Source: Anaerolineae bacterium
GTDB lineage: Bacteria > Chloroflexota > Anaerolineae > B4-G1 > SLSP01
Length of the DNA: 64,000 nt
Assembly (NCBI GenBank): GCA_034429475.1
Contig: DAOUGD010000159.1
Location: 1,604 to 65,603, forward strand
Direction: 5' to 3'
In this document: one piece after another, positions 27,163 through 41,542 of the stretch
Layout of the letters: the number at the start of each line of letters is the position of its first letter
Position numbering within the stretch: the stretch's first letter is position 1
Made by a program: the position numbers and the translations under genes
The notes under the pieces: generated by a model
Database searches by the model: none
Told to the model about the DNA's origin: nothing
What the model saw: the letters and a program-made list of their open reading frames with translations, nothing else

Positions 27163-28185
27163 ATGGCCGAAGTAGTGCAAACAACTACCCCATCCAAGAA
27201 AGAAGCAGTCCTGCAAGTCAAGGGCTTGAAGAAGTATTTCCCGATTCGGCGGGGGCTTTTCCAGCGTCACGTTGGCGATGTCAAGGCCGTGGACGGCGTC
27301 AGTTTTGATGTGTACCAGGGCGAAACGCTCGGCTTGGTAGGCGAAAGCGGTTGTGGTAAAACCACTGCTGGCCGTACCATCATCCGCATTTATGAGCCGA
27401 CCGATGGGCAAGTGCTCTTCAAGGGACAGGACCTGGCTCGCCTCAACGCCAACGAGATGCGGGAGAAGCGGCGCAGTATACAAATGATTTTCCAGGACCC
27501 CTATGCGTCCCTGAATCCGCGTATGAGCGTGCTGCAAATTGTCGGCGAACCATTGGAAGTGTTCCGCCTGGCAAACAAGGAAGAACGCCGCGAACGGGTA
27601 GCCCATTTGCTGCAACTGGTGGGTCTGAACCCCGATTTTATGATTCGTTACCCGCACGAGTTCTCCGGCGGCCAACGCCAGCGGATTGGCCTGGCCCGTT
27701 CCCTGGCCCTGAACCCCGACTTGATCATCTGCGATGAGCCGATCTCCGCTCTGGACGTGTCCATCCAGGCCCAGGTAGTCAACCTGCTGGAGGATTTGCA
27801 GCAGCAGTTGGGGTTGACTTACGTATTCATCGCGCACGATCTGAGCATGGTGCGCCACATCAGCGACCGCGTGGCGGTGATGTATTTGGGCAAGATCGTG
27901 GAATTGACCGACCGGGAGACGCTCTATGCCAATCCCCTGCATCCCTATACGGAGGCGTTGTTATCGGCGATCCCGATCCCTGACCCCGTGGAGGAAGAAA
28001 AACGCCACCGCATCTTGTTGGAAGGCGATCTACCCAGCCCGGCGAATCCCCCGAAGGGCTGCCACTTCAGCACTCGCTGCGCCAAACGGATTGATATTTG
28101 CGGCGAAGTGGAACCTGAATTTATCGAGGTCGAGCCAAATCATTTCTGCGCGTGCCATTTGGTCAAGCCGCGCGGGGTGAAGTGA
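27163..28185 (+). CDS. oppF: Oligopeptide/dipeptide ABC ATPase
   Basis: [38 protein letters not shown]. Confidence 0.95.
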   Translation: MAEVVQTTTPSKKEAVLQVKGLKKYFPIRRGLFQRHVGDVKAVDGVSFDVYQGETLGLVGESGCGKTTAGRTIIRIYEPTDGQVLFKGQDLARLNANEMREKRRSIQMIFQDPYASLNPRMSVLQIVGEPLEVFRLANKEERRERVAHLLQLVGLNPDFMIRYPHEFSGGQRQRIGLARSLALNPDLIICDEPISALDVSIQAQVVNLLEDLQQQLGLTYVFIAHDLSMVRHISDRVAVMYLGKIVELTDRETLYANPLHPYTEALLSAIPIPDPVEEEKRHRILLEGDLPSPANPPKGCHFSTRCAKRIDICGEVEPEFIEVEPNHFCACHLVKPRGVK

Positions 28186-28191
28186 GGCGGT

Positions 28192-28259
28192 GTCATTCCG
28201 AGCAAAGCGAGGAATCTCGTCCAGTGGCGTGACAGACCCTTCACTTCGTTCAGGGTGAC
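28192..28259. repeat. REP-like hairpin (GTCATTCCGAGC...GGAATCT type)
   Basis: GTCATTCCGAGCAAAGCGAGGAATCTC...GACCCTTCACTTCGTTCAGGGTGAC. Confidence 0.7.
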
Positions 28260-28405
28260 GGTGTTGGTTTTGAGAGTTTGTGATTTGTAGAGCTTGTGAT
28301 GGATGTAAGGAGGTGATGTGTAGTCAGTGACTATTTATAGAAAAGTGTTAACCATGTCAATTTGAATATCCCCAATTAGAAAATCCAATTTGAAGGAGGA
28401 TGAAC

Positions 28406-30451
28406 GTGTTTAAGAAAGCATTGTGGACAATGGCTGGTCTGTTGATCGTTGCCAGCATGGTGTTGGCCGCTTGCGCGACCCCCACCCCCCAGGTGGTTAA
28501 GGTTGTCGAGACGGTAGAGAAGGTCGTCGAGAAAGAGGGTGAGAAAGTCACCGTCGTCGAGACGAAAGAAGTACAGGTCGTCGTTACCGCGACGCCGGAG
28601 CCGGTGGAAGAGGTGGAATTCAAAGCCGCTGATCCTAACACACTGGTGGTGGTTGCTATCAGTGAAGGGATTGACACGCTGGACCCGGCCTGGAACTATG
28701 AGAGCGACGGCGATGATGTCATCCTCAACCTCTATGATCAGTTGGTCACCTACAAGGGTGGCTCCGCTACCGAGTTTGTCCCCTCCCTGGCCGAGAGCTG
28801 GGAAGTAAAAAATGATGGCAAAACTTACGTCTTTACCATCCGCAAGGGTGTGAAGTTCCACGATGGCGCCGATCTGACCGCCGCTGACGTGGCGTACACT
28901 CTGCAGCGCGGTGTGCTGCAGGGTGGCCTCAGCTCCCCGCAGTGGTTGTACACCGAGCCGTTCTTTGGTGTCGGCATCTACGATGTGGCCGAGCTGGTGG
29001 ATCCCGAGGGTGCATTGGATGACGATGCCGAGGGTCTGAAAGCTGCCGATCCCGCCAAACTGGCGGAAGCCTGCCAGAAAGTCATGGACGCGATTGTGGT
29101 CGATGAAGCCGCCGGCACCGTGACCTTCAATCTGGCAACATCGTGGGGGCCGTTCCTGGCAACCCTGGCGCAGAGCTGGGGATCCATCCTGGACAAGGAT
29201 TGGACTGTAGCGAACGGCGGCTGGGATGGCGATTGCGCGACCTGGCAGAACTTCTACGGCATTTCCTCTGAAACCAGCCCCATCCGCGACAAGACGAACG
29301 GCACCGGCCCTTACATGCTGGAAAGCTGGACGCCTGGCGAGGAAAAGGTTCTGGTGAAGAACCCCAATTGGTGGCGCACCGAGCCGGTTGCCGAGGGCAT
29401 TGCCGCGCAGCCCAGTGTCGAGCGTGTTGTGGTCAAAGGTGTGACCGAGTGGGGTACCCGCTTCGCCATGCTCCAGGCCGGCGACGCCGACTGGGTGGGT
29501 GTGCCGGGTGAGAGCTTCTCGCAGGTTGATCCGATGGTGGGTGAATGGTGCGAGTATAATTTGGAGACCGGTAGCCACGACTGCGCGCCCACCGAGAATC
29601 CCGACGCCCCGTTGCGCCTGTACAGAGGGCAGCCTTCGACGACCCGCACGGATGTGATGTTCAACTTCAACATTGCGACCGAGGGTGGCAACCCCTTCGT
29701 GGGCAGCGGCCAGTTGGACGGCAATGGTATTCCCGCCGATTTCTTCTCCGATATCCATGTCCGCAAGGCCTTCAACTACTGCTTTGATTTCGAGGCTTAC
29801 ATTGCGGATGCTTTGGCCGGCGAAGCCGTGCAAGTTTCTGGTTTCTCGATCCCCGGAATGCTTGGCTACGATCAGAATGGCCCCATGTATCACTTCGATA
29901 TGGACAAATGCGCCGAGGAACTGCAACAGGCATGGGATGGTCAGGTCTGGGAGAAGGGTTTCCGCCTGCAAATTGCCTATAACACCGGCAACGTTGCGCG
30001 CCAGACGGTTTCACAAATTCTACAGACCAACCTGTCCGCGGTTGATGCCAAGTTCCAGGTGGAAGTTATCGGGCTGCCGTGGCCAAGCTTCCTGGCCGCG
30101 CAGCGCGCCAGCCGCTTGCCCGTTTACGTGAGCGGTTGGGCGGAAGACCTGCACGATCCGCACAACTGGGCGCAGCCTTTCTTGGTCGGCACGTATGCCA
30201 GCCGCCAGCGGTTGCCCGATGATCTGAAAGCTCAGTTCAATGAGTTGGTGATGGCGGGCGTGAGCGCCCCCACGGACGATGAGCGCGCTGCTATCTACAA
30301 GGAACTCACCCAGTTGGACTACGATAGCGCGATCGCTATTCGTCTGGCTGTAGGGACTTCCCGTCGCTATGAGCAGCGTTGGGTTGGTGGGTACTACTAC
30401 AACCCCATTCAGGACCGTCAGGCCGCTTACTACGCCTGGACCAAGCAGTAA
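28406..30451 (+). CDS. oppA: Peptide ABC substrate-binding lipoprotein (family 5)
   Basis: LAAC lipobox, V/E/T-rich linker, LDPA..YE, FTIRKGVKFHDG, NGTGPYML. GTG 28406 fits SD AAGGAGG better than ATG 28400. Confidence 0.9.
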   Translation: MFKKALWTMAGLLIVASMVLAACATPTPQVVKVVETVEKVVEKEGEKVTVVETKEVQVVVTATPEPVEEVEFKAADPNTLVVVAISEGIDTLDPAWNYESDGDDVILNLYDQLVTYKGGSATEFVPSLAESWEVKNDGKTYVFTIRKGVKFHDGADLTAADVAYTLQRGVLQGGLSSPQWLYTEPFFGVGIYDVAELVDPEGALDDDAEGLKAADPAKLAEACQKVMDAIVVDEAAGTVTFNLATSWGPFLATLAQSWGSILDKDWTVANGGWDGDCATWQNFYGISSETSPIRDKTNGTGPYMLESWTPGEEKVLVKNPNWWRTEPVAEGIAAQPSVERVVVKGVTEWGTRFAMLQAGDADWVGVPGESFSQVDPMVGEWCEYNLETGSHDCAPTENPDAPLRLYRGQPSTTRTDVMFNFNIATEGGNPFVGSGQLDGNGIPADFFSDIHVRKAFNYCFDFEAYIADALAGEAVQVSGFSIPGMLGYDQNGPMYHFDMDKCAEELQQAWDGQVWEKGFRLQIAYNTGNVARQTVSQILQTNLSAVDAKFQVEVIGLPWPSFLAAQRASRLPVYVSGWAEDLHDPHNWAQPFLVGTYASRQRLPDDLKAQFNELVMAGVSAPTDDERAAIYKELTQLDYDSAIAIRLAVGTSRRYEQRWVGGYYYNPIQDRQAAYYAWTKQ

Positions 30452-30473
30452 CTAACCCACTTTTCACGATAAA

Positions 30474-30502
30474 GCAGGAGAGAGCCAGTGGCTCTCTCCT
30501 GC
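30474..30502 (+). terminator. Hairpin after the SBP gene (partial terminator or mRNA stabiliser)
   Basis: GCAGGAGAGAGCC-AGT-GGCTCTCTCCTGC, 13-bp stem. Confidence 0.7.
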
Positions 30503-30520
30503 CTCTCCGGGAGGGAAAGA

Positions 30521-31603
30521 ATGGTCAATTATATTATTCGTCGTTTGATCGCCGTGCCCTTTTTATTGCTCGGCGTAACCATGTTGATCTTCTTAATGTT
30601 ATTGGCTTTAAGCCCCATGGAACGCACCGCCCTGTATGTGCGCGAGATCCCCAGAAATGAACGTGTACTAGAGGGAATTATTAGAAGATATGGTTTGGAC
30701 CGGCCCTGGTATGAGCAATACTGGCGCTGGTTGTTTGGCACGACCGTCACGACCACGGAAAATGGCGTGACGACGGAGGAACGGGTGGGGGGCATTTTGC
30801 GGGGCGACTTGGGTTATTCGCGCACCGCTTCCCAGCCAGTGGCAGAACTCTTGGCCCGTCGTTTCCCGGCGACGTTAGAGTTAACATTGTACAGTGTGAT
30901 CCCGGTGGTGGCCGGCGGTATCCTGTTGGGGGTGATTGGCGCCGTCAAACACAATAAGCCGGCCGACCATATCGTGCGGATTTTCGGCATCGTGGGATGG
31001 TCGTTCCCCGATTTTGTCTTCGGCCTGCTCCTGTTGATGGCCTTCTACGCCGGAACAGGGTGGTTTCCGCCGGGGCGCGTTTCTGATTGGGCCAACAAGA
31101 TTGTGATGTCGCCCGAATTTCACAATTATACCAGCATGATCAGCATAGATGCGCTGCTCAATTTGCGGTTTGACATCTTCTTTGACGCTCTGCGGCATTT
31201 GGTGCTGCCGGTTATCTCCCTGGCCTACCTGTGGTGGGCGTTGACGCTGCGGGTGACGCGTTCCTCGATGTTGGAAACACTGCGCCAGGATTACATTACG
31301 ACGGCGCGCGCCAAAGGGTTGAGTGAGAACGCAGTCATTAACCAACATGCACTGCCCAATGCCTTGATGCCGGTGGTCACCTTATCTGGCGGCACGGTCG
31401 TGGGTCTATTGGCGGGTGTGGTCATTATTGAAACCGTCTTCAATTATCCCGGCATGGGCGCCGCCGCCGCCAGGGCCGCTTCGCAGTTGGATGTGGTCAC
31501 GGAACTGGCTTTTGTGTTATTTAACGGCCTGATCCTGGTGGTGGCGAATGTGATCGTGGATATTTTGTATGCCTATATTGACCCGCGAGTCCGGTTGGAT
31601 TAA
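30521..31603 (+). CDS. oppB: Peptide ABC permease
   Basis: YIIRRL, GDLGYS, RFPATLEL, EAA loop DYITTARAKGL. Confidence 0.93.
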   Translation: MVNYIIRRLIAVPFLLLGVTMLIFLMLLALSPMERTALYVREIPRNERVLEGIIRRYGLDRPWYEQYWRWLFGTTVTTTENGVTTEERVGGILRGDLGYSRTASQPVAELLARRFPATLELTLYSVIPVVAGGILLGVIGAVKHNKPADHIVRIFGIVGWSFPDFVFGLLLLMAFYAGTGWFPPGRVSDWANKIVMSPEFHNYTSMISIDALLNLRFDIFFDALRHLVLPVISLAYLWWALTLRVTRSSMLETLRQDYITTARAKGLSENAVINQHALPNALMPVVTLSGGTVVGLLAGVVIIETVFNYPGMGAAAARAASQLDVVTELAFVLFNGLILVVANVIVDILYAYIDPRVRLD

Positions 31604-31621
31604 GGTTGTGAGGAGATACTG

Positions 31622-32653
31622 ATGACAGCACAAGAAATAACTACAGAAATTCTGGCGCCCAGGACGCGTCGCCCACCCAACTGGCTGGAGAACTGGCTCG
31701 GCCATGAAGTGTATCGCACCTTAAAAGGGTTGGTAACAAACCCAATTTCGGTGATTGGACTGGTGTTGTTAGCACTGTTCCTATTTGTCGCCGCTGCCGC
31801 GCCAATTCTGGCGCCGCCCCTACCCAACAGCGACCCCTACCGGATTCCCCGTGATGGGTACAGCGCCGTGCCTAAGTCCCCGGGGACTGAATGGAAAACG
31901 CGCCAGCCGCCGCTACCATTCTGGTGGAAGGCCGTGACTGGCAAGGACAAGTGGGTCCATTTGATGGGGACAGCCAGCGGACAGTGGGACATTTACTATG
32001 GCGTGATCTGGGGGACGCGCACGGCCCTCTTTGCCGGCCTGACCATCACATTCGTGGGGGTCATTATCGGGGTGACGCTTGGCGCCATTTCAGCCTACTA
32101 TGGTGGATGGGTGGACATGGTCCTGATGCGCATCACCGATCTGTTCCAGGCTTTCCCCTTCCTGTTGACGGCGATGACGTTGTCGGCGGTGCTGACGCCT
32201 CGCCTGGGCAAAGGCTTACTGGCGCCCATGGTGGCGCTGATCGTCTTTAGCTGGATGGGATTTGCGCGTTTGCTGCGCAGTGATATTCTTTCGCTGCGGG
32301 AGCGAGAATACGTCCTGGCGGCGCGCGTCATTGGCGTCCGGGACAGCCGGATTCTGTTCCGCCACATCCTGCCGAATGCCATCTTCCCCACCCTAGTACT
32401 GGCTTCCATGCGGATTGGCAGCTATGCCATCACCTTCGCTGGCCTGAGCTTCCTCGGCATTGGGGCGGAAGTAGGCTTTGCTGACTGGGGGCAATTGCTT
32501 TCCTTCGCCCGCGACTGGATGACGCAGTTGGGTGAATACTGGTACATCATCATGTTCCCCGGCGTGACGCTGGTGCTGTTCGTCCTCTCGTGGAACCTGG
32601 TGGGCGACGCTCTGCGCGATGTGCTCGACCCGCGCTTGCAAGGTTCGCGCTAA
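31622..32653 (+). CDS. oppC: Peptide ABC permease
   Basis: EYVLAARVIG, HILPN, GDALRDVLDPR. Confidence 0.93.
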   Translation: MTAQEITTEILAPRTRRPPNWLENWLGHEVYRTLKGLVTNPISVIGLVLLALFLFVAAAAPILAPPLPNSDPYRIPRDGYSAVPKSPGTEWKTRQPPLPFWWKAVTGKDKWVHLMGTASGQWDIYYGVIWGTRTALFAGLTITFVGVIIGVTLGAISAYYGGWVDMVLMRITDLFQAFPFLLTAMTLSAVLTPRLGKGLLAPMVALIVFSWMGFARLLRSDILSLREREYVLAARVIGVRDSRILFRHILPNAIFPTLVLASMRIGSYAITFAGLSFLGIGAEVGFADWGQLLSFARDWMTQLGEYWYIIMFPGVTLVLFVLSWNLVGDALRDVLDPRLQGSR

Positions 32654-32725
32654 CCCTTCATGCACCCGCCCCCAGCAAAGGAAGCGGGTAAGTCCCAATA
32701 GTCTGATCATTCTTTCCAAAAACTT

Positions 32726-32762
32726 AAAAAGACCTGACAATCCCTCTGTCAGGTCTTTTTTT
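32726..32762 (+). terminator. Intrinsic terminator
   Basis: AAAAAGACCTGACA-ATCCCTC-TGTCAGGTCTTTTTTT. Confidence 0.85.
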
Positions 32763-32810
32763 GCGCCTATGCCCTTGCTTCTGTCCCACTTCACAGTACA
32801 ATTTCGGCTA

Positions 32811-33683
32811 ATGATCAGAGAAATTCAGGCTAAAACACTGCTGTCTTCGACCAAGCAACCCGACGATTTCTTCGGCCTTAAGTACAATATGAATTTGTAC
32901 AGAGGTTGTATTCATAGATGCGTATATTGCGACAGCAGGAGTGAGTGCTATCAAATCGAAGACTTTGACGGAGAAGTGTTGGTCAAAGCCAACGCGATTG
33001 AACTGTTGCGAGACGAGCTATCTCGCAAGCAGGTCAAGGGGACGATTGGCCTGGGCTCGATGAATGATCCTTTTATGCCGATAGAAGCGGAGATCAACCT
33101 GGCGGGACGCGCCCTGGCGGTGATTGCGGAGTTCGGGTTCCCGGTTCACATCATCACCAAAAGCGCATTGGTGCTGAAGGATTTGGAGACGTTGCGGCAA
33201 ATCGCACAAACCTATGCAGCGATCAGCTTCACCGTCACCACCGCCGACGACGCGCTGGCGGCCAAGCTCGAACCGGGCGCCTCTCGCCCCTCGGCGCGCT
33301 TTGCGGCGATGAAGATATTGGCCGAAAACGGCATCCACACCGGCGTGACCATGATGCCCATTCTTCCCTTCATCGAAGACACCGAGGAGAATCTGGCCGC
33401 CATCGTCGGCCAGGCCGTGGCAAGTGGGGCAACCTACGTTCTCCCCTGGATAGGGATGTCGTTGCGCGACCGACAACGGGACTATTACTACGCACAGTTA
33501 GATCGCCTGTTTCCCGGATTGCGGCAAAAATATGAGCGAACCTACGGGGAACGGTACTCCTGTGAGGCGCCGAACGCGCGGGCGCTGTATCGCTTTGTGG
33601 AGAAGCAATGCGCACAGCATGGTCTCGCCCTGCGGATGCCCCGGTATGCGCCTCAGACTGTGCAGCAATTAAGTTTGTTCTGA
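32811..33683 (+). CDS. Radical SAM protein, SPL-like/Rv2578c family
   Basis: NLYRGCIHRCVYCDSRS CxxxCxxC motif, GSMNDP, ITKS. Start ATG 32811 follows TTGCTT-16-TACAAT. Confidence 0.9.
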   Translation: MIREIQAKTLLSSTKQPDDFFGLKYNMNLYRGCIHRCVYCDSRSECYQIEDFDGEVLVKANAIELLRDELSRKQVKGTIGLGSMNDPFMPIEAEINLAGRALAVIAEFGFPVHIITKSALVLKDLETLRQIAQTYAAISFTVTTADDALAAKLEPGASRPSARFAAMKILAENGIHTGVTMMPILPFIEDTEENLAAIVGQAVASGATYVLPWIGMSLRDRQRDYYYAQLDRLFPGLRQKYERTYGERYSCEAPNARALYRFVEKQCAQHGLALRMPRYAPQTVQQLSLF

Positions 33684-33689
33684 ATCACC

Positions 33690-34487
33690 TCAGCGCGCTA
33701 CAACACACGTACCTAACGGCGCATCAGGATGCAGCAACGCCTGGGTGAGATTGCCCGATTCCAATCCGGTAAGGATACGCACTTGCAAATCAGGGATACG
33801 CTGGACGAGCGCCACCATCTGTTCAACCTTATCCGCCATCCCCCCGGTGACATCCGTGTAGCGCGCGCCATAAAGATGCGGCTTGACCTGGGGATAGGTC
33901 TCCGGTGTAATGCGGGGAATCACGCAACGCGCGTCGTCCAACACTCCTGGCGCATTGCCGAGCAACAAAATTCGGGCGGGACGTAGTTCTTCTGCCAGAT
34001 GAAAGAACAGATCTTCGGTGGATAGGATCGTGCCCCCCCATTGCCGGTCAAAAGCCACGTCGCCAAAAATCAAGGGAACCAACCCTACATCCAATGCGTG
34101 GCGAATGGGTTCAGAAGTCAAGGTGACGATATGGCCTCCATCAGCCAGCAGTGAGGCGGAAGGCGGCAAACTGAGGATGGCGACATCCGCCGCCAAGAAA
34201 GCGTCCGCCACGATGCGATCGAGCGTGGCCGCAGCCGCACTCACCCGCGCAAAGCCCGCCCACTGTGCAGCCGTCGCCACGCCCTGACGGGTGCCATAGC
34301 GCTTCGCTTCCCAGTGCCCAAACGAGCCGGAACCGTGCCCCAATAGCACCCGTAAAGTGGGGCGCGCCGTCAACGCCTCGCGTAACTCGTGCGCCATACG
34401 GCGTAACACTCCCCGGCGCAGCGTCGCCTGTTCTCGCTTATCCGTGATAAGCGATCCCCCCAGCTTAACAAAAACCAGTTCTTCCAT
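33690..34487 (-). CDS. Isopentenyl phosphate kinase
   Basis: VKLGGSLITDK, GHGSGSFGH (IPK-type His), LIFGDV, DVTGGMADKV. Confidence 0.9.
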   Translation of the reverse strand: MEELVFVKLGGSLITDKREQATLRRGVLRRMAHELREALTARPTLRVLLGHGSGSFGHWEAKRYGTRQGVATAAQWAGFARVSAAAATLDRIVADAFLAADVAILSLPPSASLLADGGHIVTLTSEPIRHALDVGLVPLIFGDVAFDRQWGGTILSTEDLFFHLAEELRPARILLLGNAPGVLDDARCVIPRITPETYPQVKPHLYGARYTDVTGGMADKVEQMVALVQRIPDLQVRILTGLESGNLTQALLHPDAPLGTCVVAR

Positions 34488-34501
34488 CCAAAATCTGATA
34501 T

Positions 34502-35461
34502 CTAAAATTCAGATGACACCGTTGCCCCGACCTGGGTGTGCCAGACGTTCACGGCACCGCCGTCAGTCAGGGCCTCTCTCACCGCCTGAGCGTGAGCGGC
34601 ATCGGCCACCGCAATCACATTGCCCCCCAACCCGGAACCGGTCAGCTTCGCGCCAAACGCGCCGGCCCGCAGCGCCGCCTGGGTCATCCGATCCAGCTCC
34701 GGCAAGGAGACGCCCAGCATTTGCAGCAGTCGGTGGTTCTCATTGAGCAAAACCCCTAACGTCTGTAGCGCGCCTTCCTGTACCGCCGCACGGGCAGCTC
34801 TGGCAATGTTGCCAATGCAGTTGAAAATCATATCGTAGTGGCCCGGTGCCGCCGACCATTGAGACCGCACGTCCGCCACCGCCTCGCGGGTCGAACTGGC
34901 GATGCCGCTGTTGGCAATCAGCAGATGAAAAGGCTTGCCGATGTCAAATATCTGGGGAGGTTGTCCTCTGACAAAGTAGACCGGCTTCTCCCACGCAACC
35001 ACGGTATTGTCAATGCCGCTAGGGTTGCCATGATGGATTTTTTCCACTTCGTAAGTCAACGCGCTGACGGCGTCGGGAGACAACTCCTCCCCCAAATACG
35101 CGCTCAGGGCGCGGGCAATCGCCACGGTGACGGCGGCGCCGCTGCCCATCCCCGAAGCAATCGGTAAATCCGACTTGAGCGTCACCGTCACATCGGGTTC
35201 CGCCAGGTTGAAATACGACAACACCAGGCGCACCGTCTTGCCCAGCGGATGATCCACTGCCGCGTCTTGCAAGCGGACTTCCTGCCCCAGGTCGAGCGCG
35301 TGAACTCGCACTCCCCTGTGACGCAATCCGCCTTTGGCATAAGCGTGGGCGCGCAAGTCACTGACCGGCACTGCAATTGCCGGCCGCCCATACACGACGC
35401 TGTGCTCGCCGCACAAAATCACTTTTCCTGGTGCCGAACGTTCTACAATCGAATTTTCCAT
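34502..35461 (-). CDS. mvk: Mevalonate kinase
   Basis: APGKVILCGEHSVVYG, PIASGMGSGAA, HGNPSGID, GAKLTGSGLGG. Confidence 0.92.
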   Translation of the reverse strand: MENSIVERSAPGKVILCGEHSVVYGRPAIAVPVSDLRAHAYAKGGLRHRGVRVHALDLGQEVRLQDAAVDHPLGKTVRLVLSYFNLAEPDVTVTLKSDLPIASGMGSGAAVTVAIARALSAYLGEELSPDAVSALTYEVEKIHHGNPSGIDNTVVAWEKPVYFVRGQPPQIFDIGKPFHLLIANSGIASSTREAVADVRSQWSAAPGHYDMIFNCIGNIARAARAAVQEGALQTLGVLLNENHRLLQMLGVSLPELDRMTQAALRAGAFGAKLTGSGLGGNVIAVADAAHAQAVREALTDGGAVNVWHTQVGATVSSEF

Positions 35462-35468
35462 AGGCTTA

Positions 35469-36347
35469 CTACCCCAGATACAGAATTCCTGTGGCCGTCA
35501 GTCCCCACAACACAAAGGCTACCTGCAAAGGGCGGTCGGTCAAAACGACCTCGTCCGGCGCCAACGTGGTGCCCTGAACGTGAATCAAATAGAGATAGCG
35601 GAAAAAGCAATAGATAACAAACGGGATCGTCAACATCATCCCATGATTGGCCGGTAAATTAGGGGCGGAAAAAGTATAGAAGGCATAGGCCAAGATGGTG
35701 GCCGAGGTGATGGCGCCGATCAACTGATCCAACAAGGCGAAATTGTATTCCTTAAGGATATCTCGATGATTCCCCGCCTCTGCTCCCAAGAGGACTAACT
35801 CGCCCCGGCGTTTTCCCAACGCCATAAACAGAGCCACCAGCGTCATGCAAAGGTATAGCCAGGGCGAAAAACGCTCGGCATTGACCAGCAAGGCGCCGCC
35901 GGCCACCCGCAGTACAAAACCCATCGCCACAGTAATCACGTCCAGCAGCACAATGGACTTGAGCCAGAAAGAATAGGCCAGTTGTAACAACCAATACCCC
36001 AGCAAGATCACCCCAAAAGCAGGGAAGAACCACAACCCCACACCCAACGCCGTCAGGCTGCCTACTATGGCAAAAACCAACGCCACGCGCGGCGATAATT
36101 CACCTGAGGCCAGGGGGCGGCGCGATTTTTTGGGATGCTGACGGTCGCGTTTCATGTCCGCCAGGTCATTGATGACGTACACGATGCCCGATACCAAAAC
36201 AAACAGGATAAAACCGGCCAACGCCCGCCAGGCATAGGGCCATTGCGTCGCTTTGGCATCGAACACCAGCGCCGCAAACACAAAGCCATTCTTGATCCAT
36301 TGCTTGGGGCGCATGGTTTTGATAAGCCCGCGAATATTATTCATCAT
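35469..36347 (-). CDS. UbiA-family decaprenyl-phosphate phosphoribosyltransferase-like protein
   Basis: MRPKQWIKN, YVINDLAD..RD..HPKK..RPLASG, KRRGEL; start ATG 36347 with GGAG SD. Confidence 0.88.
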   Translation of the reverse strand: MMNNIRGLIKTMRPKQWIKNGFVFAALVFDAKATQWPYAWRALAGFILFVLVSGIVYVINDLADMKRDRQHPKKSRRPLASGELSPRVALVFAIVGSLTALGVGLWFFPAFGVILLGYWLLQLAYSFWLKSIVLLDVITVAMGFVLRVAGGALLVNAERFSPWLYLCMTLVALFMALGKRRGELVLLGAEAGNHRDILKEYNFALLDQLIGAITSATILAYAFYTFSAPNLPANHGMMLTIPFVIYCFFRYLYLIHVQGTTLAPDEVVLTDRPLQVAFVLWGLTATGILYLG

Positions 36348-36433
36348 TCGTCTCCACCATGCAATGATACCAGAATCATACAAACGAGCAAACCAGCAGT
36401 CCCAAATCCCAAACAATAAATTCCAAATTCAAA

Positions 36434-36461
36434 TTGACTTTTATTAAAAACTTACTATAAT
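36434..36461 (+). promoter_or_regulatory. sigma70-type promoter of rpoC
   Basis: TTGACT-16 nt-TATAAT. Confidence 0.75.
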
Positions 36462-36496
36462 GTAACCTACTATGTCACAAGGAACCCACGACCAAT

Positions 36497-36536
36497 AAGC
36501 GCTGAGGGGGATCATGTCTCATGCGCTTGTTTTTTT
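36497..36536 (+). terminator. Terminator-like hairpin in the rpoC leader (candidate attenuator)
   Basis: AAGCGC-TGAG...CTCA-T-GCGCTT followed by GTTTTTTT. Confidence 0.6.
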
Positions 36537-36560
36537 GTTGCTATTATACAGGAGGGATAA

Positions 36561-40871
<4,311 letters not shown>

Positions 40872-40912
40872 GCCGCGCGTCCGGCGCGCACCTACCTGTA
40901 ACACAATTTTCC

Positions 40913-40939
40913 AGGGGCGACGTAAAGTCGCCCCTTTTT
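40913..40939 (+). terminator. Intrinsic terminator after rpoC
   Basis: AGGGGCGAC-GTAAA-GTCGCCCC-TTTTT. Confidence 0.85.
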
Positions 40940-40987
40940 GCAACTCCCCCATTTCTTCTGCGTATGCTATACAACAGGTGATCACAG

Positions 40988-41542
40988 ATGGACGAGGATG
41001 GTTTACAACTAGCACAACGTGGGGACAAAGAGGCTATCAATCAACTCATTGTAGCCTATCAACAGTCAGTTTTCAATCTCTGTTACCGGATGCTCGGAGA
41101 AACCACCGAAGCAGAAGACGCCACCCAGGAAGCTCTGGTCAAGGCGGTATTGAACTTACATACGTATGACGCCGAGCGGCCCTTCAAACCCTGGCTCTTG
41201 CGGATTGCGTCCAACGAGTGCATTGACCGAATCCGCCGCCGTCGCCCGACGACCTCACTAGATGGCATGGGAGAGGACGGCGCCTGGGAATGGCAGGCAG
41301 GACACAGCCCGACGCCGGAAGCATCCCTTTTACAACAGGAAGAACAAACTCGGATACGGATGTTGTTGGAAACTTTGCCGCCCGTTGAGCGCACGATTAT
41401 TGCGCTGTTTTACTGGGAGGGGCTTTCTTACAATGAAATCGGCGAAATCACCGGCCTGACGGTTTCCGCCATTAAATCCAGACTTTTTAGGGCACGACGC
41501 ACAATGGCGACGTTATTAGTTCAGGAGGGAAATTATGCGTAA
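40988..41542 (+). CDS. ECF sigma factor (SigW-like)
   Basis: AEDATQE, FKPWLLRIASN, LSYNEIGEITG..TVSAIKSRLFRAR. Confidence 0.92.
   Translation: MDEDGLQLAQRGDKEAINQLIVAYQQSVFNLCYRMLGETTEAEDATQEALVKAVLNLHTYDAERPFKPWLLRIASNECIDRIRRRRPTTSLDGMGEDGAWEWQAGHSPTPEASLLQQEEQTRIRMLLETLPPVERTIIALFYWEGLSYNEIGEITGLTVSAIKSRLFRARRTMATLLVQEGNYA

Noticed and set aside
40896-40925. ECF-type autoregulatory promoter TGTAAC...CGAC/CGTA
   Set aside because: Spacers are 15 or 18 nt rather than 16-17, and the motif coincides with the rpoC terminator stem.
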